Of a DNA stretch of 40,790 bases, positions 7,611 to 16,789 are shown piece after piece (position 1 is the stretch's first letter; every line of letters starts with the position of its first letter). The stretch is from UHGV virus genome UHGV-0115898. One strand, 5' to 3'. This DNA is from a virus. Below the pieces are notes generated by a model. It made no database searches. It was not told where the DNA came from and worked only from the letters and a program-made list of their open reading frames with translations. The translations under genes were made by a program, and so were the position numbers.

Positions 7611-7937
7611 TCAAATAAGTGGTTTGCTGCCTAATTTCATTTTCTGGCGACCAACACAAGTCACACCCATTTCACTGCGTGGCTTGCTGTACCATGTGCG
7701 CTGATTCTTGCGCTCAATACGTTGCAGGTTGCTTTCAATCTGTTCGTGGTATTCAGCCAGCACCGTAAGGTCTATCGGATTCAGTGCGCTTTCTACTCGT
7801 GATTTCGGTTTGCGATTCAGCGAGAGAATAGGGCGGTTAACTGGCTTTGCGCTTACCCCAACCAACAGGGGATTTGCTGCTTTCCATTGAGCCTGTTTCT
7901 CTGCGCGACGTTCGCGGCGGCGTGTTTGTGCATCCAT
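7611..7937 (-). CDS. N: Antiterminator N (108 aa)
   Basis: MDAQTRRRERRAEKQAQWKAANPLLVGVSAKPVNRPILSLNRKPKSRVESALNPIDLTVLAEYH... matches lambda N including the arginine-rich motif; ORF-track extension to 8027 uses an upstream TTG. Confidence 0.92.
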   Translation of the reverse strand: MDAQTRRRERRAEKQAQWKAANPLLVGVSAKPVNRPILSLNRKPKSRVESALNPIDLTVLAEYHEQIESNLQRIERKNQRTWYSKPRSEMGVTCVGRQKMKLGSKPLI

Positions 7938-8047
7938 CTGGATTCTCCTGTCAGTTAGCTTTGAGTAACGCGCCGTGATGCTTATCTCCACGGTTGCTGT
8001 CTTGCAGCTGCATTTCGCGCTACTCAAAGCCTTCTGCTTTGAATGCT

Positions 8048-8078
8048 GCCCTTCTTCAGGGCTTAATTTTTAAGAGCG
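8048..8078 (-). promoter_or_regulatory. nutL site (boxA CGCTCTTA and boxB GCCCTGAAGAAGGGC on minus strand)
   Basis: Reverse complement of 8071-8078 is CGCTCTTA; reverse complement of 8048-8062 is GCCCTGAAGAAGGGC; located between pL and N. Confidence 0.85.
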
Positions 8079-8109
8079 TCACCTTCATGGTGGTTAGTGC
8101 GTCCTGCTG

Positions 8110-8150
8110 ATGGCTAAATAGTACGATTTGTACTTTATCGAGTCAATACA
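8110..8150 (-). promoter_or_regulatory. pL-type early leftward promoter with overlapping operator palindrome AGTACgatttGTACT
   Basis: Minus strand TTGACT - 17 nt - TACTAT; 15-bp palindrome at 8120-8134 lies over the spacer and -10. Confidence 0.55.
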
Positions 8151-8207
8151 AAATGTTCTAAATATAATTAGTTTTTTATAACACTTTGTATTTAATGGGT
8201 TTATATT

Positions 8208-8240
8208 TTGGAAAAAGAAAACCCGACGCTAAGGTCGGGT
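8208..8240 (-). terminator. Putative intrinsic terminator downstream of cI
   Basis: Minus strand ACCCGACC-ttagc-GTCGGGT hairpin followed by TTTCTTTTTCC, about 30 bp after the cI stop; lambda has rexA/rexB here. Confidence 0.5.
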
Positions 8241-8271
8241 TATTGTTGTGTGTTTTAGAGTTGTGAGGCTG

Positions 8272-8931
8272 TTAACTAAATGTCTCTTCAGGCCACTGGC
8301 TGGCGATAACTTTCCCTACTACGGAACAGCTATCATTGCATGGAATCATTGGATATTGCGGGTTTAGTGGCTGTAGGAACACCTGACCGCTATCCCTGAT
8401 CAGTTTCTTGAAGGTAAACTCGTCACCACCAAGTCTGGCTATGCAGAAATCACCTGGCTCAACAGCCTGCTCAGGGTCAACGAGAATTAACATCCCGTCA
8501 GGAAAGCTTGGCTTGGATCCTGTTGGCGCGGTCATGGAATTACCTTCAACTTCAAGCCAAAAAGCACAATCACTGGCTTTTTTGGTTGTGCTGACCCATC
8601 TCTCCGCATCACCTTTGGTAAAGGTTCTAAGCTCAGGCGAGAACATCCCGGCCTGAACATGAGAAAAAACAGGGTACTCATATTGTTTTTTAACGGGGGC
8701 AGATGAGTATTCGCCAACAGGTGAAAATGTACCGTCGTGGTTGAATGAGACGTTATCAATACCAAGGTATTTAAACACCACACCAATCTCGTCAAGAGAT
8801 GGATGACGAGATCCGCGCAACCAGTGACCAATTCCACCCTGCGTCATACCAAGCTCTTCAGCTAACTTCTCTTGAGTTATGCCGAGCTCTTTCATTCTGG
8901 ATCTAGCCAGTTCATACCATTTCATTTTCAT
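8272..8931 (-). CDS. cI: CI-type immunity repressor: lambda-like LexA/S24 C-terminal domain, non-lambda N-terminal HTH domain (about 219 aa from ATG at 8931; alternative ATG at 8925)
   Basis: C-terminal ~140 aa ([38 protein letters not shown]...[14 protein letters not shown]...FTFKKL...) matches lambda CI including the Ala-Gly cleavage site and Ser/Lys dyad; N-terminal ~80 aa differ. Confidence 0.88.
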   Translation of the reverse strand: MKMKWYELARSRMKELGITQEKLAEELGMTQGGIGHWLRGSRHPSLDEIGVVFKYLGIDNVSFNHDGTFSPVGEYSSAPVKKQYEYPVFSHVQAGMFSPELRTFTKGDAERWVSTTKKASDCAFWLEVEGNSMTAPTGSKPSFPDGMLILVDPEQAVEPGDFCIARLGGDEFTFKKLIRDSGQVFLQPLNPQYPMIPCNDSCSVVGKVIASQWPEETFS

Positions 8932-9043
8932 ACCCTTATTATTACGCTCTGTACTAAAACCATCCATGCACAAGATGTATTTTTTTGTTTGCATTCTAAA
9001 AGTACATATCGTATTATTGTTTCATGGTTACTATGGAGGGCAT
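8932..9043. promoter_or_regulatory. Divergent cI-cro control region (oR-type operators, pR candidate TTGCAT-17-TATTAT, pRM region)
   Basis: Operator-like half-site pairs at 8941-8955 (atTACgctctGTACT) and 9001-9015 (AGTACatatcGTAtt) resemble the oL palindrome; -35 at 8989-8994 and -10 at 9012-9017 upstream of cro. Confidence 0.5.
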
Positions 9044-9259
9044 ATGAGCAACCTACGAAAATATCGAGAGTCACTGAATATCTCTCAAACAACACTTGCT
9101 AAGGCAGTTGGATGCACACAGGGAGCTATCGGACATTGGGAATCTGGTCGTCGCTTCCCAGACCTTAAAACATGCCGTGCTCTTGTTGAGTGCCTAAACA
9201 AGTTAGGCGCAAAAGTCAGTCTTGATGACGTGTTCCCGCCGGAACACAAAGCCGCTTAA
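9044..9259 (+). CDS. cro: Cro-like HTH regulator (71 aa)
   Basis: ATG at 9044 preceded by GGAGGG; helix-turn-helix ISQTTLAKAVGCTQGAIGHWESG; divergent from cI. Confidence 0.8.
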   Translation: MSNLRKYRESLNISQTTLAKAVGCTQGAIGHWESGRRFPDLKTCRALVECLNKLGAKVSLDDVFPPEHKAA

Positions 9260-9267
9260 GACATTCC

Positions 9268-9299
9268 CGCTCTTACACATCCCAGCCCTGAAAAAGGGC
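9268..9299 (+). promoter_or_regulatory. nutR site (boxA CGCTCTTA, boxB GCCCTGAAAAAGGGC)
   Basis: Exact boxA at 9268-9275 and boxB hairpin at 9285-9299 between cro and cII. Confidence 0.85.
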
Positions 9300-9378
9300 A
9301 TCAAATTAAACCACACCTATGGTGTATGCATTTATTTGCATACATTCAATCAATTGTTATCTAAGGAAATACTTACAT

Positions 9379-9672
9379 ATGGTTCGTGCAAACAAACGCA
9401 ACGAGGCACTACGAATCGAGAGTGCGTTGCTTAACAAAATCGCAATGCTTGGAACTGAGAAGACAGCGGAAGCTGTGGGAGTTGATAAGTCGCAGATCAG
9501 CAGGTGGAAGAGAGACTGGATTCCCAAGTTCTCAATGCTGCTTGCTGTTCTTGAATGGGGTGTCGTTGACGACGACATGGCTCGATTGGCACGACAAGTT
9601 GCTTCGATTCTCACCAATAAAAAACGCCCGGCGGCAACCGAGCGTTCTGAACAAATCCAGATGGAATTCTGA
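9379..9672 (+). CDS. cII: Transcriptional activator CII (97 aa)
   Basis: [51 protein letters not shown]... matches lambda CII; ATG at 9379; ORF-track start at 9319 is an upstream extension. Confidence 0.95.
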   Translation: MVRANKRNEALRIESALLNKIAMLGTEKTAEAVGVDKSQISRWKRDWIPKFSMLLAVLEWGVVDDDMARLARQVASILTNKKRPAATERSEQIQMEF

Positions 9673-9704
9673 GGTCATTACTGGATCAATCCACAGGAAT
9701 CATT

Positions 9705-9851
9705 ATGACAAAACAACTCAGTCCTTACCAGGACAAAATTCACAAACACATACTACGTGATCGCTTCCTGTCCAGCTTCAAGCAGCCTGGTCGATTCCGG
9801 GCTGAGTTGGAAAAAGTGAAGCTGATGCAGAAGGAGAAAGGTCATGAGTAA
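9705..9851 (+). CDS. Small ORF (48 aa) between cII and the replication initiator
   Basis: ATG at 9705 preceded by AGGAA; basic 48-aa product; stop overlaps the O-like start; below the ORF-track threshold, found by reading the DNA; P22 has an orf48 at this position (from memory). Confidence 0.45.
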   Translation: MTKQLSPYQDKIHKHILRDRFLSSFKQPGRFRAELEKVKLMQKEKGHE

Positions 9852-10704
9852 TCTTGCAACCGTAACACATTTAAGGCCTTCACAACGGCCTGTGGAGCGT
9901 CGTGTGGCAGAAGTTGAAGATGGTTATACCCGTCTTGCAAATGCCCTGTATGAAGAGCTTATCGGCGCAGATTTAACGAAAAATCAGAGTAAGGTTGCCC
10001 ACGCCATATGCCGTAAAACATACGGCTACGGTAAAAAGATGGATCGCATCTCTGATAGTCAGTTAGCTCAAATTACCAGGCTGCCAAGACAGAAGGTAAA
10101 CAAGGCCAAGAATGAGCTTATCGCGATGAAGGTTATCCTTCGCGAAGGCCAGCAAATCGGGCCTAACAAGAACATCGAGGAATGGCAAATCGAAGGGTGT
10201 CACTACTCTGGTGATAATGTCACTGCATTGGTGACAAAAAGTGTCACCAAAACGGTGACAGCGCTGTCACCAAAACAGGGACACACAAAAGAAACTATTA
10301 CAAAAGAAAAAAGAAATAATAAAAACACTATGTCCGAAAGTGTTCGGACGGAGTGTGAAAAATCACCTGACCGTCACGAAGAAACCGACAAGGCATTCGA
10401 GGAAATATTCTGGTGTGCAGGCATGCGGAAAGCCGGGAAGAAAAACGCAGCTTCGGCATTCAGAACACAGTTCAGGGAATGGCGTAAAACTACCAGGGGT
10501 ACGGCAAGCGAGTTTGCCACGATGCTGGCAGAAGACATCGCATGCAGGAATGGTAAGCAGTTCGGATTCGACAGGTTGTTACCATCGAGCTACCTGAACG
10601 GTCAGCGCTGGAACGACGAGAAGCCAGAAACTATTCAACCACAATCCAAACCATCATCCGCAATCACCGTATCGAAAACTGGCTACGTGTTTTTCGACAG
10701 GTGA
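9844..10704 (+). CDS. Replication initiator, lambda O / P22 gp18-like (286 aa)
   Basis: N-terminal block [56 protein letters not shown]...GPNKNIEEW parallels the lambda O N-terminus; gene contains iterons. Confidence 0.85.
   Translation: MSNLATVTHLRPSQRPVERRVAEVEDGYTRLANALYEELIGADLTKNQSKVAHAICRKTYGYGKKMDRISDSQLAQITRLPRQKVNKAKNELIAMKVILREGQQIGPNKNIEEWQIEGCHYSGDNVTALVTKSVTKTVTALSPKQGHTKETITKEKRNNKNTMSESVRTECEKSPDRHEETDKAFEEIFWCAGMRKAGKKNAASAFRTQFREWRKTTRGTASEFATMLAEDIACRNGKQFGFDRLLPSSYLNGQRWNDEKPETIQPQSKPSSAITVSKTGYVFFDR
10211..10330. other. Putative origin of replication inside the initiator gene: inverted-repeat iterons followed by an A-rich tract
   Basis: tgtcactgcattggtgaca / tgtcaccaaaacggtgaca / tgtcaccaaaacaggga at 10218-10281, then acacaaaagaaactattacaaaagaaaaaagaaataataaaaac; same layout as lambda ori within O. 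Confidence 0.7.
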
Positions 10705-10811
10705 ACCATGAAATCAAAAATCAAATCGCTACTGGTCGCTGGTTATAACCACGGCTGGTTAAGTATTTCGTTTGTCGATTTCTGGTTTAAAAATCTCAAT
10801 CTGAGGGAATC

Positions 10812-12692
10812 ATGACTCCAAGTGAACTCAGTGACCTGCTTTGGGCGCAGGTTGACAGGGTGGCTCCGCACCTGTTGCCAAACGGCAAGAAAGAGGGGCA
10901 TGAGTGGGTTGCCGGTAACGTCAACGGTGACAAGGGAAACAGCCTTAAGGTCAACCTTAGCGGCAAGAAAAAATGGGCTGATTTCGCTGAGGGAGACGGC
11001 GGTGACATGCTTGATTTGTGGATGGCATGTCGTGGAATTAACCTGCATCAGGCTATGCAGGAAGCGAAAGCCTTTCTCGGAATCAAGGATGACGATCACC
11101 ATTTCGATGCCAAACGTGAGAAGAAATTCTCCAGACCTGACCGCAAGAAAATCGCCCGCTACGTTACCAGAACAGAATCCCATCTTGAGTACCTGCAATC
11201 GCGTGGCATATCGCCAGAAGTCGTAAAGCGCTACGAGGTTGTCAGCGGCAAGGTGTGGAATGGAGAACGAGAACTTGATGCACTGGTGCTTCCGTACAAA
11301 CGCGATGGTGAGTTGTTGCAGGTCAAGCGAATCAGCACTGAGCGCCCGGACGGGAAGAAAGTCATTATGGCAGAAGGTGATTGCGAACCTTGTCTGTTCG
11401 GATGGCAGGCTCTGGACGCTGGCGTGAGGGCGGTTGTACTTTGCGAAGGCGAAATTGATTGTATGAGCTATGCGCAATACGGCATCTCGGCGTTATCCGT
11501 GCCGTTTGGTGGCGGGAAAGGCGCTAAGCAACAGTGGATTGAGTTTGAGTATCACAACCTCGACAGGTTTGAGGAAATATTCATCTCGATGGACGTTGAT
11601 GATGTTGGTCGTGAAGCCGCAAGGGAAATCGCAAGCCGACTCGGTGAACATCGTTGCCGTCTTGTTACTCTGCCGTACAAAGACATCAACGAATGCCTGA
11701 TGAACGGTGTTACCGAGGATGAAATCTGGCAGTACATCGGCACGGCATCCTACTTCGATCCTGAAGAACTCTACAGCGCGCGAGAGTTTTACCAGGACAC
11801 TATCAACGCTTTCTACGGCAAGCAGCAGTATCTGTTTAATCCACCGTGGGAATCTCTGGCAGATAAATTCCAGTTCCGTGAGGCCGAGTTGACGCTGGTC
11901 AATGGTGTGAACGGTCACGGAAAAACGGAGGTTGTCGGGCATATGGCTCTTGAGGCAATGCGTCAGGGTGTGAAGACGTGCATCGCGTCACTTGAGCTGA
12001 AGCCTGGTATTCTCCTTAAGCGCCTTACCCGTCAGGCGACGTGCTGCAAGATGCCGCCAGTGCTGGAAATTGACTCTGCATTTAAATTTTATGACGAAAG
12101 ACTTTGGGTGTTTGGTCTGACCGGAACGGCGAAAGCCGACAGGCTGATCGAAATATTCGACTACGCTCGCCGCCGATACGGCATCCAGTTATTCATCATC
12201 GACAGCCTGATGAAATGCGGCATAGGTGACGATGACTATAACGGGCAGAAAGCATTTGTTGACTCGATTTGTGACTTCAAAAACAAAACAAACTCCCACG
12301 TCATTCTCGTTACTCACTCCAGAAAAGGAGATAGCGAAGAAAAACCAACCGGGAAAATGGACGTAAAAGGCTCTGGAGCGATAACAGACCTGACAGACAA
12401 CCTTTTCATCATCTGGCGTAACAAGGCTCGCGAGAGAGCGTTACAGAGAGTTCAGAGTGGTGAAAAGATGTCAGAGAAGGACGAACAGCTACTGGCATCT
12501 CCGGCATCTGTTTTGATGCTTGAAAAACAACGTAACGGCGAAGGTTGGGAAGGTGGTGTCCCGTTGTTCCTTGACGAGCAATCGCACCAGTTCCTGCAAC
12601 TTGAATCAGGATCGCCATATAGCTACATCGCCAATATGCCGAAATCGGAATATGACGAGGCGTGGAGACAGGAAAACGTGACGGAGTATTAA
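10812..12692 (+). CDS. Bifunctional DNA primase/helicase (TOPRIM-type primase N-terminal domain, DnaB/RepA-like P-loop ATPase C-terminal domain), 626 aa
   Basis: Walker A VNGVNGHGKTE, Walker B-like LFIIDSL; N-terminal region with acidic TOPRIM-like VLCEGEIDCMS; occupies the lambda P / P22 gene 12 position. Confidence 0.8.
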   Translation: MTPSELSDLLWAQVDRVAPHLLPNGKKEGHEWVAGNVNGDKGNSLKVNLSGKKKWADFAEGDGGDMLDLWMACRGINLHQAMQEAKAFLGIKDDDHHFDAKREKKFSRPDRKKIARYVTRTESHLEYLQSRGISPEVVKRYEVVSGKVWNGERELDALVLPYKRDGELLQVKRISTERPDGKKVIMAEGDCEPCLFGWQALDAGVRAVVLCEGEIDCMSYAQYGISALSVPFGGGKGAKQQWIEFEYHNLDRFEEIFISMDVDDVGREAAREIASRLGEHRCRLVTLPYKDINECLMNGVTEDEIWQYIGTASYFDPEELYSAREFYQDTINAFYGKQQYLFNPPWESLADKFQFREAELTLVNGVNGHGKTEVVGHMALEAMRQGVKTCIASLELKPGILLKRLTRQATCCKMPPVLEIDSAFKFYDERLWVFGLTGTAKADRLIEIFDYARRRYGIQLFIIDSLMKCGIGDDDYNGQKAFVDSICDFKNKTNSHVILVTHSRKGDSEEKPTGKMDVKGSGAITDLTDNLFIIWRNKARERALQRVQSGEKMSEKDEQLLASPASVLMLEKQRNGEGWEGGVPLFLDEQSHQFLQLESGSPYSYIANMPKSEYDEAWRQENVTEY

Positions 12693-12720
12693 ATGACCAT
12701 CTACATCACTGAGTTAATAA

Positions 12721-12753
12721 CAGGCCTGCTGGTAATCGCAGGCCTTTTTATTT
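12721..12753 (+). terminator. Putative intrinsic terminator (tR2-like) upstream of ninB
   Basis: AGGCCTGC-tggtaatc-GCAGGCCT hairpin followed by TTTTTATTT. Confidence 0.55.
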
Positions 12754-12769
12754 GGGGGAGAGGGAAGTC

Positions 12770-13210
12770 ATGAAAAAACTAACCTTTGAAATTCGATCTC
12801 CAGCACATCAGCAAAACGCTATTCACGCAGTACAGCAAATCCTTCCAGACCCAACCAAACCAATCGTAGTAACCATTCAGGAACGCAACCGCAGCATAGA
12901 CCAGAATCGAAAGCTTTGGGCTTGCCTTGGTGACGTCTCTCGTCAGGTTGAATGGCATGGGCGCTGGATGGATGCAGAAAGCTGGAAGTGTGTGTTTACC
13001 GCAGCATTAAAGCAGCAGGACGTTGTTCCTAACCTTGCCGGGAATGGCTTTGTGGTAATAGGCCAGTCAACCAGCAGGATGCGTGTAAGCGAATTTGCGG
13101 AGTTATTAGAGCTTATACAGGCATTTGGTACAGAGCGTGGCGTTAAGTGGTCAGACGAAGCGCGACTAGCTCTCGAATGGAAAGCGCGATGGGGAGATCG
13201 GGCTGCATGA
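12770..13210 (+). CDS. ninB: NinB recombination protein (146 aa)
   Basis: MKKLTFEIRSPAHQQNAIHAVQQILPDPTKPIVVTIQERNRS... matches lambda NinB; ATG at 12770. Confidence 0.95.
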   Translation: MKKLTFEIRSPAHQQNAIHAVQQILPDPTKPIVVTIQERNRSIDQNRKLWACLGDVSRQVEWHGRWMDAESWKCVFTAALKQQDVVPNLAGNGFVVIGQSTSRMRVSEFAELLELIQAFGTERGVKWSDEARLALEWKARWGDRAA

Positions 13211-13734
13211 CTATCAAATCAAATACGCCAGCACACGACAAGGACTGCTGGCAAACGCCGCTTTGGCTTTTTGATGCACTGGATATTGAGTTTGGATTCT
13301 GGCTGGATTCGGCAGCGAGCGACAAAAATGCTCTGTGCGCTCACTGGCTGACTGAGGCCGACGACGCGCTCAATTCTGAGTGGGTAAGCCACGGTGCAAT
13401 CTGGAATAACCCGCCGTACAGCAATATCAGGCCGTGGGTGGAAAAAGCCGCTGAGCAGTGCATACAACAGCGACAGACGGTAGTGATGCTTGTGCCAGAG
13501 GATATGTCAGTCGGATGGTTCAGCAAGGCTCTGGAGAGTGTTGACGAAGTTCGTATTATCACTGATGGACGGATTAATTTTATCGAACCATCGACAGGGC
13601 TGGAGAAGAAGGGAAACAGCAAAGGCTCCATGCTGCTGATTTGGCGACCGTTCATCAGTCCTCGACGGATGTTTACTACCGTATCAAAAGCGGCATTGAT
13701 GGCGATCGGGCAGGGCGTCAGGAGGGCGGCATGA
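13207..13734 (+). CDS. Phage orphan DNA N6-adenine methyltransferase (Dam-type), 175 aa
   Basis: Catalytic NPPY motif (IWNNPPYSN), conserved W-x-TP region; ATGA overlap with ninB; replaces lambda ninC/ninD. Confidence 0.8.
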   Translation: MTIKSNTPAHDKDCWQTPLWLFDALDIEFGFWLDSAASDKNALCAHWLTEADDALNSEWVSHGAIWNNPPYSNIRPWVEKAAEQCIQQRQTVVMLVPEDMSVGWFSKALESVDEVRIITDGRINFIEPSTGLEKKGNSKGSMLLIWRPFISPRRMFTTVSKAALMAIGQGVRRAA

Positions 13735-13907
13735 GACGACAGCGACGAAGTATCACCGACATCATCTGCGAAAACTGCAAATACCTTCCAACGAAACGCT
13801 CCAGAAATAAACGCAAGCCAATCCCAAAAGAATCTGACGTAAAAACCTTCAACTACACGGCTCACCTGTGGGATATCCGGTGGCTAAGACATCGTGCGAG
13901 GAAATGA
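13731..13907 (+). CDS. ninE: NinE (58 aa)
   Basis: [52 protein letters not shown]... matches lambda NinE. Confidence 0.9.
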   Translation: MRRQRRSITDIICENCKYLPTKRSRNKRKPIPKESDVKTFNYTAHLWDIRWLRHRARK

Positions 13908-14278
13908 CAATGGATTATTCACAGTTAAGTGATTTTGAAATTAACAGAATGGTAGGAGACATAATTTTTAAGGGCCTTTGGGCATGTAAGCCTGAAACAT
14001 CAGGGAATAACACAAATAAATGGTATTACGGAAATGCTGATACAAGTCTTGAGCCATTAAACCCTTTACCTGACTACTGCAATGATCCGAGAGCTGCATG
14101 GCCTGTAATCGCAAAACATCAGATCAGCATATGTGCATACGAAAGAAATAATCCTGGAATGAAGAATGAATATTGGTGGGAGGCGGATAGATTTTGTGAA
14201 TTTATTACCATAGACAATAACCCACTCCGCGCCGCCATGATTGTATTTCTCATGATGCAGGACGCCAATAATGCTTAG
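13904..14278 (+). CDS. Hypothetical nin-region protein (about 124 aa)
   Basis: ORF with ATGA overlap to ninE and overlap with ninF start; no recognisable motif. Confidence 0.55.
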   Translation: MTMDYSQLSDFEINRMVGDIIFKGLWACKPETSGNNTNKWYYGNADTSLEPLNPLPDYCNDPRAAWPVIAKHQISICAYERNNPGMKNEYWWEADRFCEFITIDNNPLRAAMIVFLMMQDANNA

Positions 14279-14447
14279 CCCATCCCAATCAATTCAATAC
14301 CAGAAAGAAAGCGTCGAGCTGGCTTTAACGTGCGCTAACTGCGGTCAGAAGCTGCATGTGCTGGAAGTTCACGTGTGTGAGCACTGCTGCGCAGAACTGA
14401 TGAGCGATCCGAATAGCTCAATGTACGAGGAAGAAGACGATGGCTAA
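14271..14447 (+). CDS. ninF: NinF (58 aa)
   Basis: Translated by eye: [58 protein letters not shown]; matches lambda NinF; below the ORF-track size cutoff. Confidence 0.85.
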   Translation: MLSPSQSIQYQKESVELALTCANCGQKLHVLEVHVCEHCCAELMSDPNSSMYEEEDDG

Positions 14448-15051
14448 ACCAGCGCGAAGACGATGTAAAAACGAAGAATGTCGGGAATGGTTTCACCCTG
14501 CATTCGCTAATCAGTGGTGGTGCTCTCCAGAGTGTGGAACAAAGATAGCACTCGAACGACGAAGCAAAGAACGCGAAAAAGCGGAAAAAGCAGCAGAGAA
14601 GAAACGACGACGAGAGGAGCAGAAACAGAAAGATAAACTTAAGATTCGAAAACTCGCCTTAAAGCCCCGCAGTTACTGGATTAAACAAGCCCAACAAGCC
14701 GTAAACGCCTTCATCAGAGAAAGAGACCGCGACTTACCATGTATCTCGTGCGGAACGCTCACGTCTGCTCAGTGGGATGCCGGACATTACCGGACAACTG
14801 CTGCGGCACCTCAACTCCGATTTGATGAACGCAATATTCACAAGCAATGCGTGGTGTGCAACCAGCACAAAAGCGGAAACCTCGTTCCGTATCGCGTCGA
14901 ACTGATTAATCGCATCGGGCAGGAAGCAGTAGACGAAATCGAATCAAACCATAACCGCCATCGCTGGACTGTCGAAGAGTGCAAGGCGATCAAGGCAGAG
15001 TACCAACAGAAACTCAAAGACCTGCGAAATAGCAGAAGTGAGGCCGCATGA
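14440..15051 (+). CDS. ninG: NinG / Rap recombination-associated structure-specific endonuclease (203 aa)
   Basis: [41 protein letters not shown]... matches lambda NinG. Confidence 0.95.
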   Translation: MAKPARRRCKNEECREWFHPAFANQWWCSPECGTKIALERRSKEREKAEKAAEKKRRREEQKQKDKLKIRKLALKPRSYWIKQAQQAVNAFIRERDRDLPCISCGTLTSAQWDAGHYRTTAAAPQLRFDERNIHKQCVVCNQHKSGNLVPYRVELINRIGQEAVDEIESNHNRHRWTVEECKAIKAEYQQKLKDLRNSRSEAA

Positions 15052-15254
15052 CGTTCTCAGTAAAAACCATTCCAGACATGCTCGTTGAAGCATACGGAAA
15101 CCAGACAGAAGTAGCACGCAGACTGAAATGTAGTCGCGGTACGGTCAGAAAATACGTTGATGATAAAGACGGGAAAATGCACGCCATCGTCAACGACGTT
15201 CTTATGGTTCATCGCGGATGGAGTGAAAGAGATGCGCTATTACGAAAGAATTGA
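15048..15254 (+). CDS. ninH: NinH (68 aa)
   Basis: [68 protein letters not shown] matches lambda NinH. Confidence 0.9.
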   Translation: MTFSVKTIPDMLVEAYGNQTEVARRLKCSRGTVRKYVDDKDGKMHAIVNDVLMVHRGWSERDALLRKN

Positions 15255-15897
15255 TGGCAGCAAATACCGAAATATTTGGGTAGTTGGCGATCTGCACGGA
15301 TGCTACACGAACCTTATGAACAAACTGGATACGATAGGATTCGACACCAAAAAAGACCTGCTTATCTCGGTTGGTGATTTGGTCGATCGCGGTACAGAGA
15401 ACGTTGAATGCCTGGAATTAATCACATTCCCCTGGTTCAGAGCTGTACGTGGAAACCATGAGCAAATGATGATTGATGGCTTATCAGAGCGCGGAAACGT
15501 CAATCACTGGCTGCTTAATGGCGGTGGCTGGTTCTTTAATCTCGATTACGACAAAGAAATTCTGGCTAAAGCTCTTGCCCATAAAGCAGATGAACTTCCG
15601 TTAATCATCGAACTGGTGAGTAAAGATAAAAAATATGTCATCTGCCACGCCGATTATCCTTGTGACGAATACGAGTTTGGAAAGCCAGTTGATCATCATC
15701 AGGTAATCTGGAACCGCGAACGAATCAGCAACTCACAAGACGGGATCGTGAAAGAAATTAAAGGCGCGGACACGTTCATCTTTGGTCATACGCCAGCAGT
15801 GAAACCGCTCAAATTTGCCAACCAGATGTATATCGATACCGGCGCAGTGTTCTGCGGAAATCTCACATTGATTCAGGTACAGGGAGAAGGCGCATGA
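15232..15897 (+). CDS. ninI: Ser/Thr protein phosphatase (lambda PPase / NinI), 221 aa
   Basis: Metallophosphoesterase motifs GDLHG, GDLVDRG, GNHE; matches the lambda phosphatase; ATG at 15232 (ORF-track start at 15157 is an upstream extension). Confidence 0.95.
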   Translation: MRYYERIDGSKYRNIWVVGDLHGCYTNLMNKLDTIGFDTKKDLLISVGDLVDRGTENVECLELITFPWFRAVRGNHEQMMIDGLSERGNVNHWLLNGGGWFFNLDYDKEILAKALAHKADELPLIIELVSKDKKYVICHADYPCDEYEFGKPVDHHQVIWNRERISNSQDGIVKEIKGADTFIFGHTPAVKPLKFANQMYIDTGAVFCGNLTLIQVQGEGA

Positions 15898-16517
15898 GAC
15901 TCGAAAGCGTAGCTAAATTTCATTCGCCAAAAAGCCCGATGATGAGCGACTCACCACGGGCTACGGCTTCTGACTCTCTTTCCGGTACTGATGTGATGGC
16001 TGCTATGGGGATGGCGCAATCACAAGCCGGATTCGGAATGGCTGCATTCTGCGGTAAGCATGAACTCAGCCAGAACGACAAACAAAAGGCTATCAACTAT
16101 CTGATGCAATTTGCACACAAGGTATCGGGGAAATACCGTGGTGTGGCAAAGCTCGAAGGAAATACTAAGGCAAAGGTACTGCAAGTGCTCGCAACATTCG
16201 CTTATGCGGATTATTGCCGTAGTGCCGCGACGCCTGGCGCAAGATGCAGAGATTGTCACGGTACAGGCCGTGCGGTTGATATAGCCAAAACAGAGCAGTG
16301 GGGGAGAGTTGTCGAGAAAGAGTGCGGAAGATGCAAAGGCGTCGGCTATTCAAGGATGCCAGCAAGCGCAGCATATCGCGCTGTGACGATGCTAATCCCA
16401 AACCTTACCCAACCCACCTGGTCACGCACTGTTAAGCCGCTGTATGACGCTCTGGTGGTGCAATGCCACAAGGAAGAGTCAATCGCAGACAATATTTTGA
16501 ATGCGGTCACACGTTAG
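15894..16517 (+). CDS. Q: Late-gene antiterminator Q (207 aa)
   Basis: Full-length match to lambda Q from memory ([31 protein letters not shown]... zinc-binding CRDCHGTG...CGRCKG). Confidence 0.97.
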   Translation: MRLESVAKFHSPKSPMMSDSPRATASDSLSGTDVMAAMGMAQSQAGFGMAAFCGKHELSQNDKQKAINYLMQFAHKVSGKYRGVAKLEGNTKAKVLQVLATFAYADYCRSAATPGARCRDCHGTGRAVDIAKTEQWGRVVEKECGRCKGVGYSRMPASAAYRAVTMLIPNLTQPTWSRTVKPLYDALVVQCHKEESIADNILNAVTR

Positions 16518-16559
16518 CGGCATGATTGCCACGGATGGCAACATCTTTACGGCATGATA

Positions 16560-16590
16560 TTGACTTTTTGAATAAAGTTGGGTAAATTTG
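16560..16590 (+). promoter_or_regulatory. Late promoter pR' with qut region (TTGACT - 17 nt - TAAATT)
   Basis: -35 at 16560-16565, -10 at 16583-16588; sequence context matches lambda pR' downstream of Q. Confidence 0.75.
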
Positions 16591-16594
16591 ACCC

Positions 16595-16789
16595 AACGAT
16601 GGGTTAATTCGCTCGTTGTGGTAGTGAGATAAAAAGAGGCGGCGCTTACTACCGATTCCACCTAGTTGGTCAATTCGACGTATCGTCTGGAACTCCAACC
16701 ATCGCAGGCTGAGAGGTCTGTAAAATGCAATCCCGAAACAGTTCGCAGGTAATAGTTAGAGCCTGCATAACGGTTTCTGGATTTTTTAT
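16595..16789 (+). ncRNA. Putative 6S-type short late leader transcript from pR' to tR'
   Basis: About 195 nt between the pR' start region and the tR' hairpin, as in lambda; inferred from architecture only. Confidence 0.45.
16732..16789 (+). terminator. tR'-type intrinsic terminator
   Basis: CCCGAAAC...GTTTCTGG outer stem with inner GCAGG...CCTGC stem, followed by ATTTTTTAT. Confidence 0.7.

Noticed and set aside
7938-8027. N-terminal 30-aa extension of N (ORF-track start at 8027)
   Set aside because: The track start is a TTG; the lambda N match begins at the internal ATG at 7937, and the extension would overlap nutL.
8932-8994. Longer cI reading starting at 8994 ([21 protein letters not shown]...)
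   Set aside because: The extension would run through the operator/promoter region; an internal ATG with AAGGG Shine-Dalgarno at 8925-8931 is a more plausible start, though this is not certain.
9319-9378. Upstream extensions of cII (from 9319) and, similarly, of cro (from 8879) and the phosphatase (from 15157)
   Set aside because: The protein matches begin at internal ATGs with good ribosome-binding sites; the extensions overlap nutR/tR1, the operators and ninH respectively.
10743-11477. 244-aa minus-strand ORF inside the primase-helicase gene
   Set aside because: Entirely antisense to a well-supported 626-aa gene with clear Walker motifs; no ribosome-binding site noted; likely a chance ORF.
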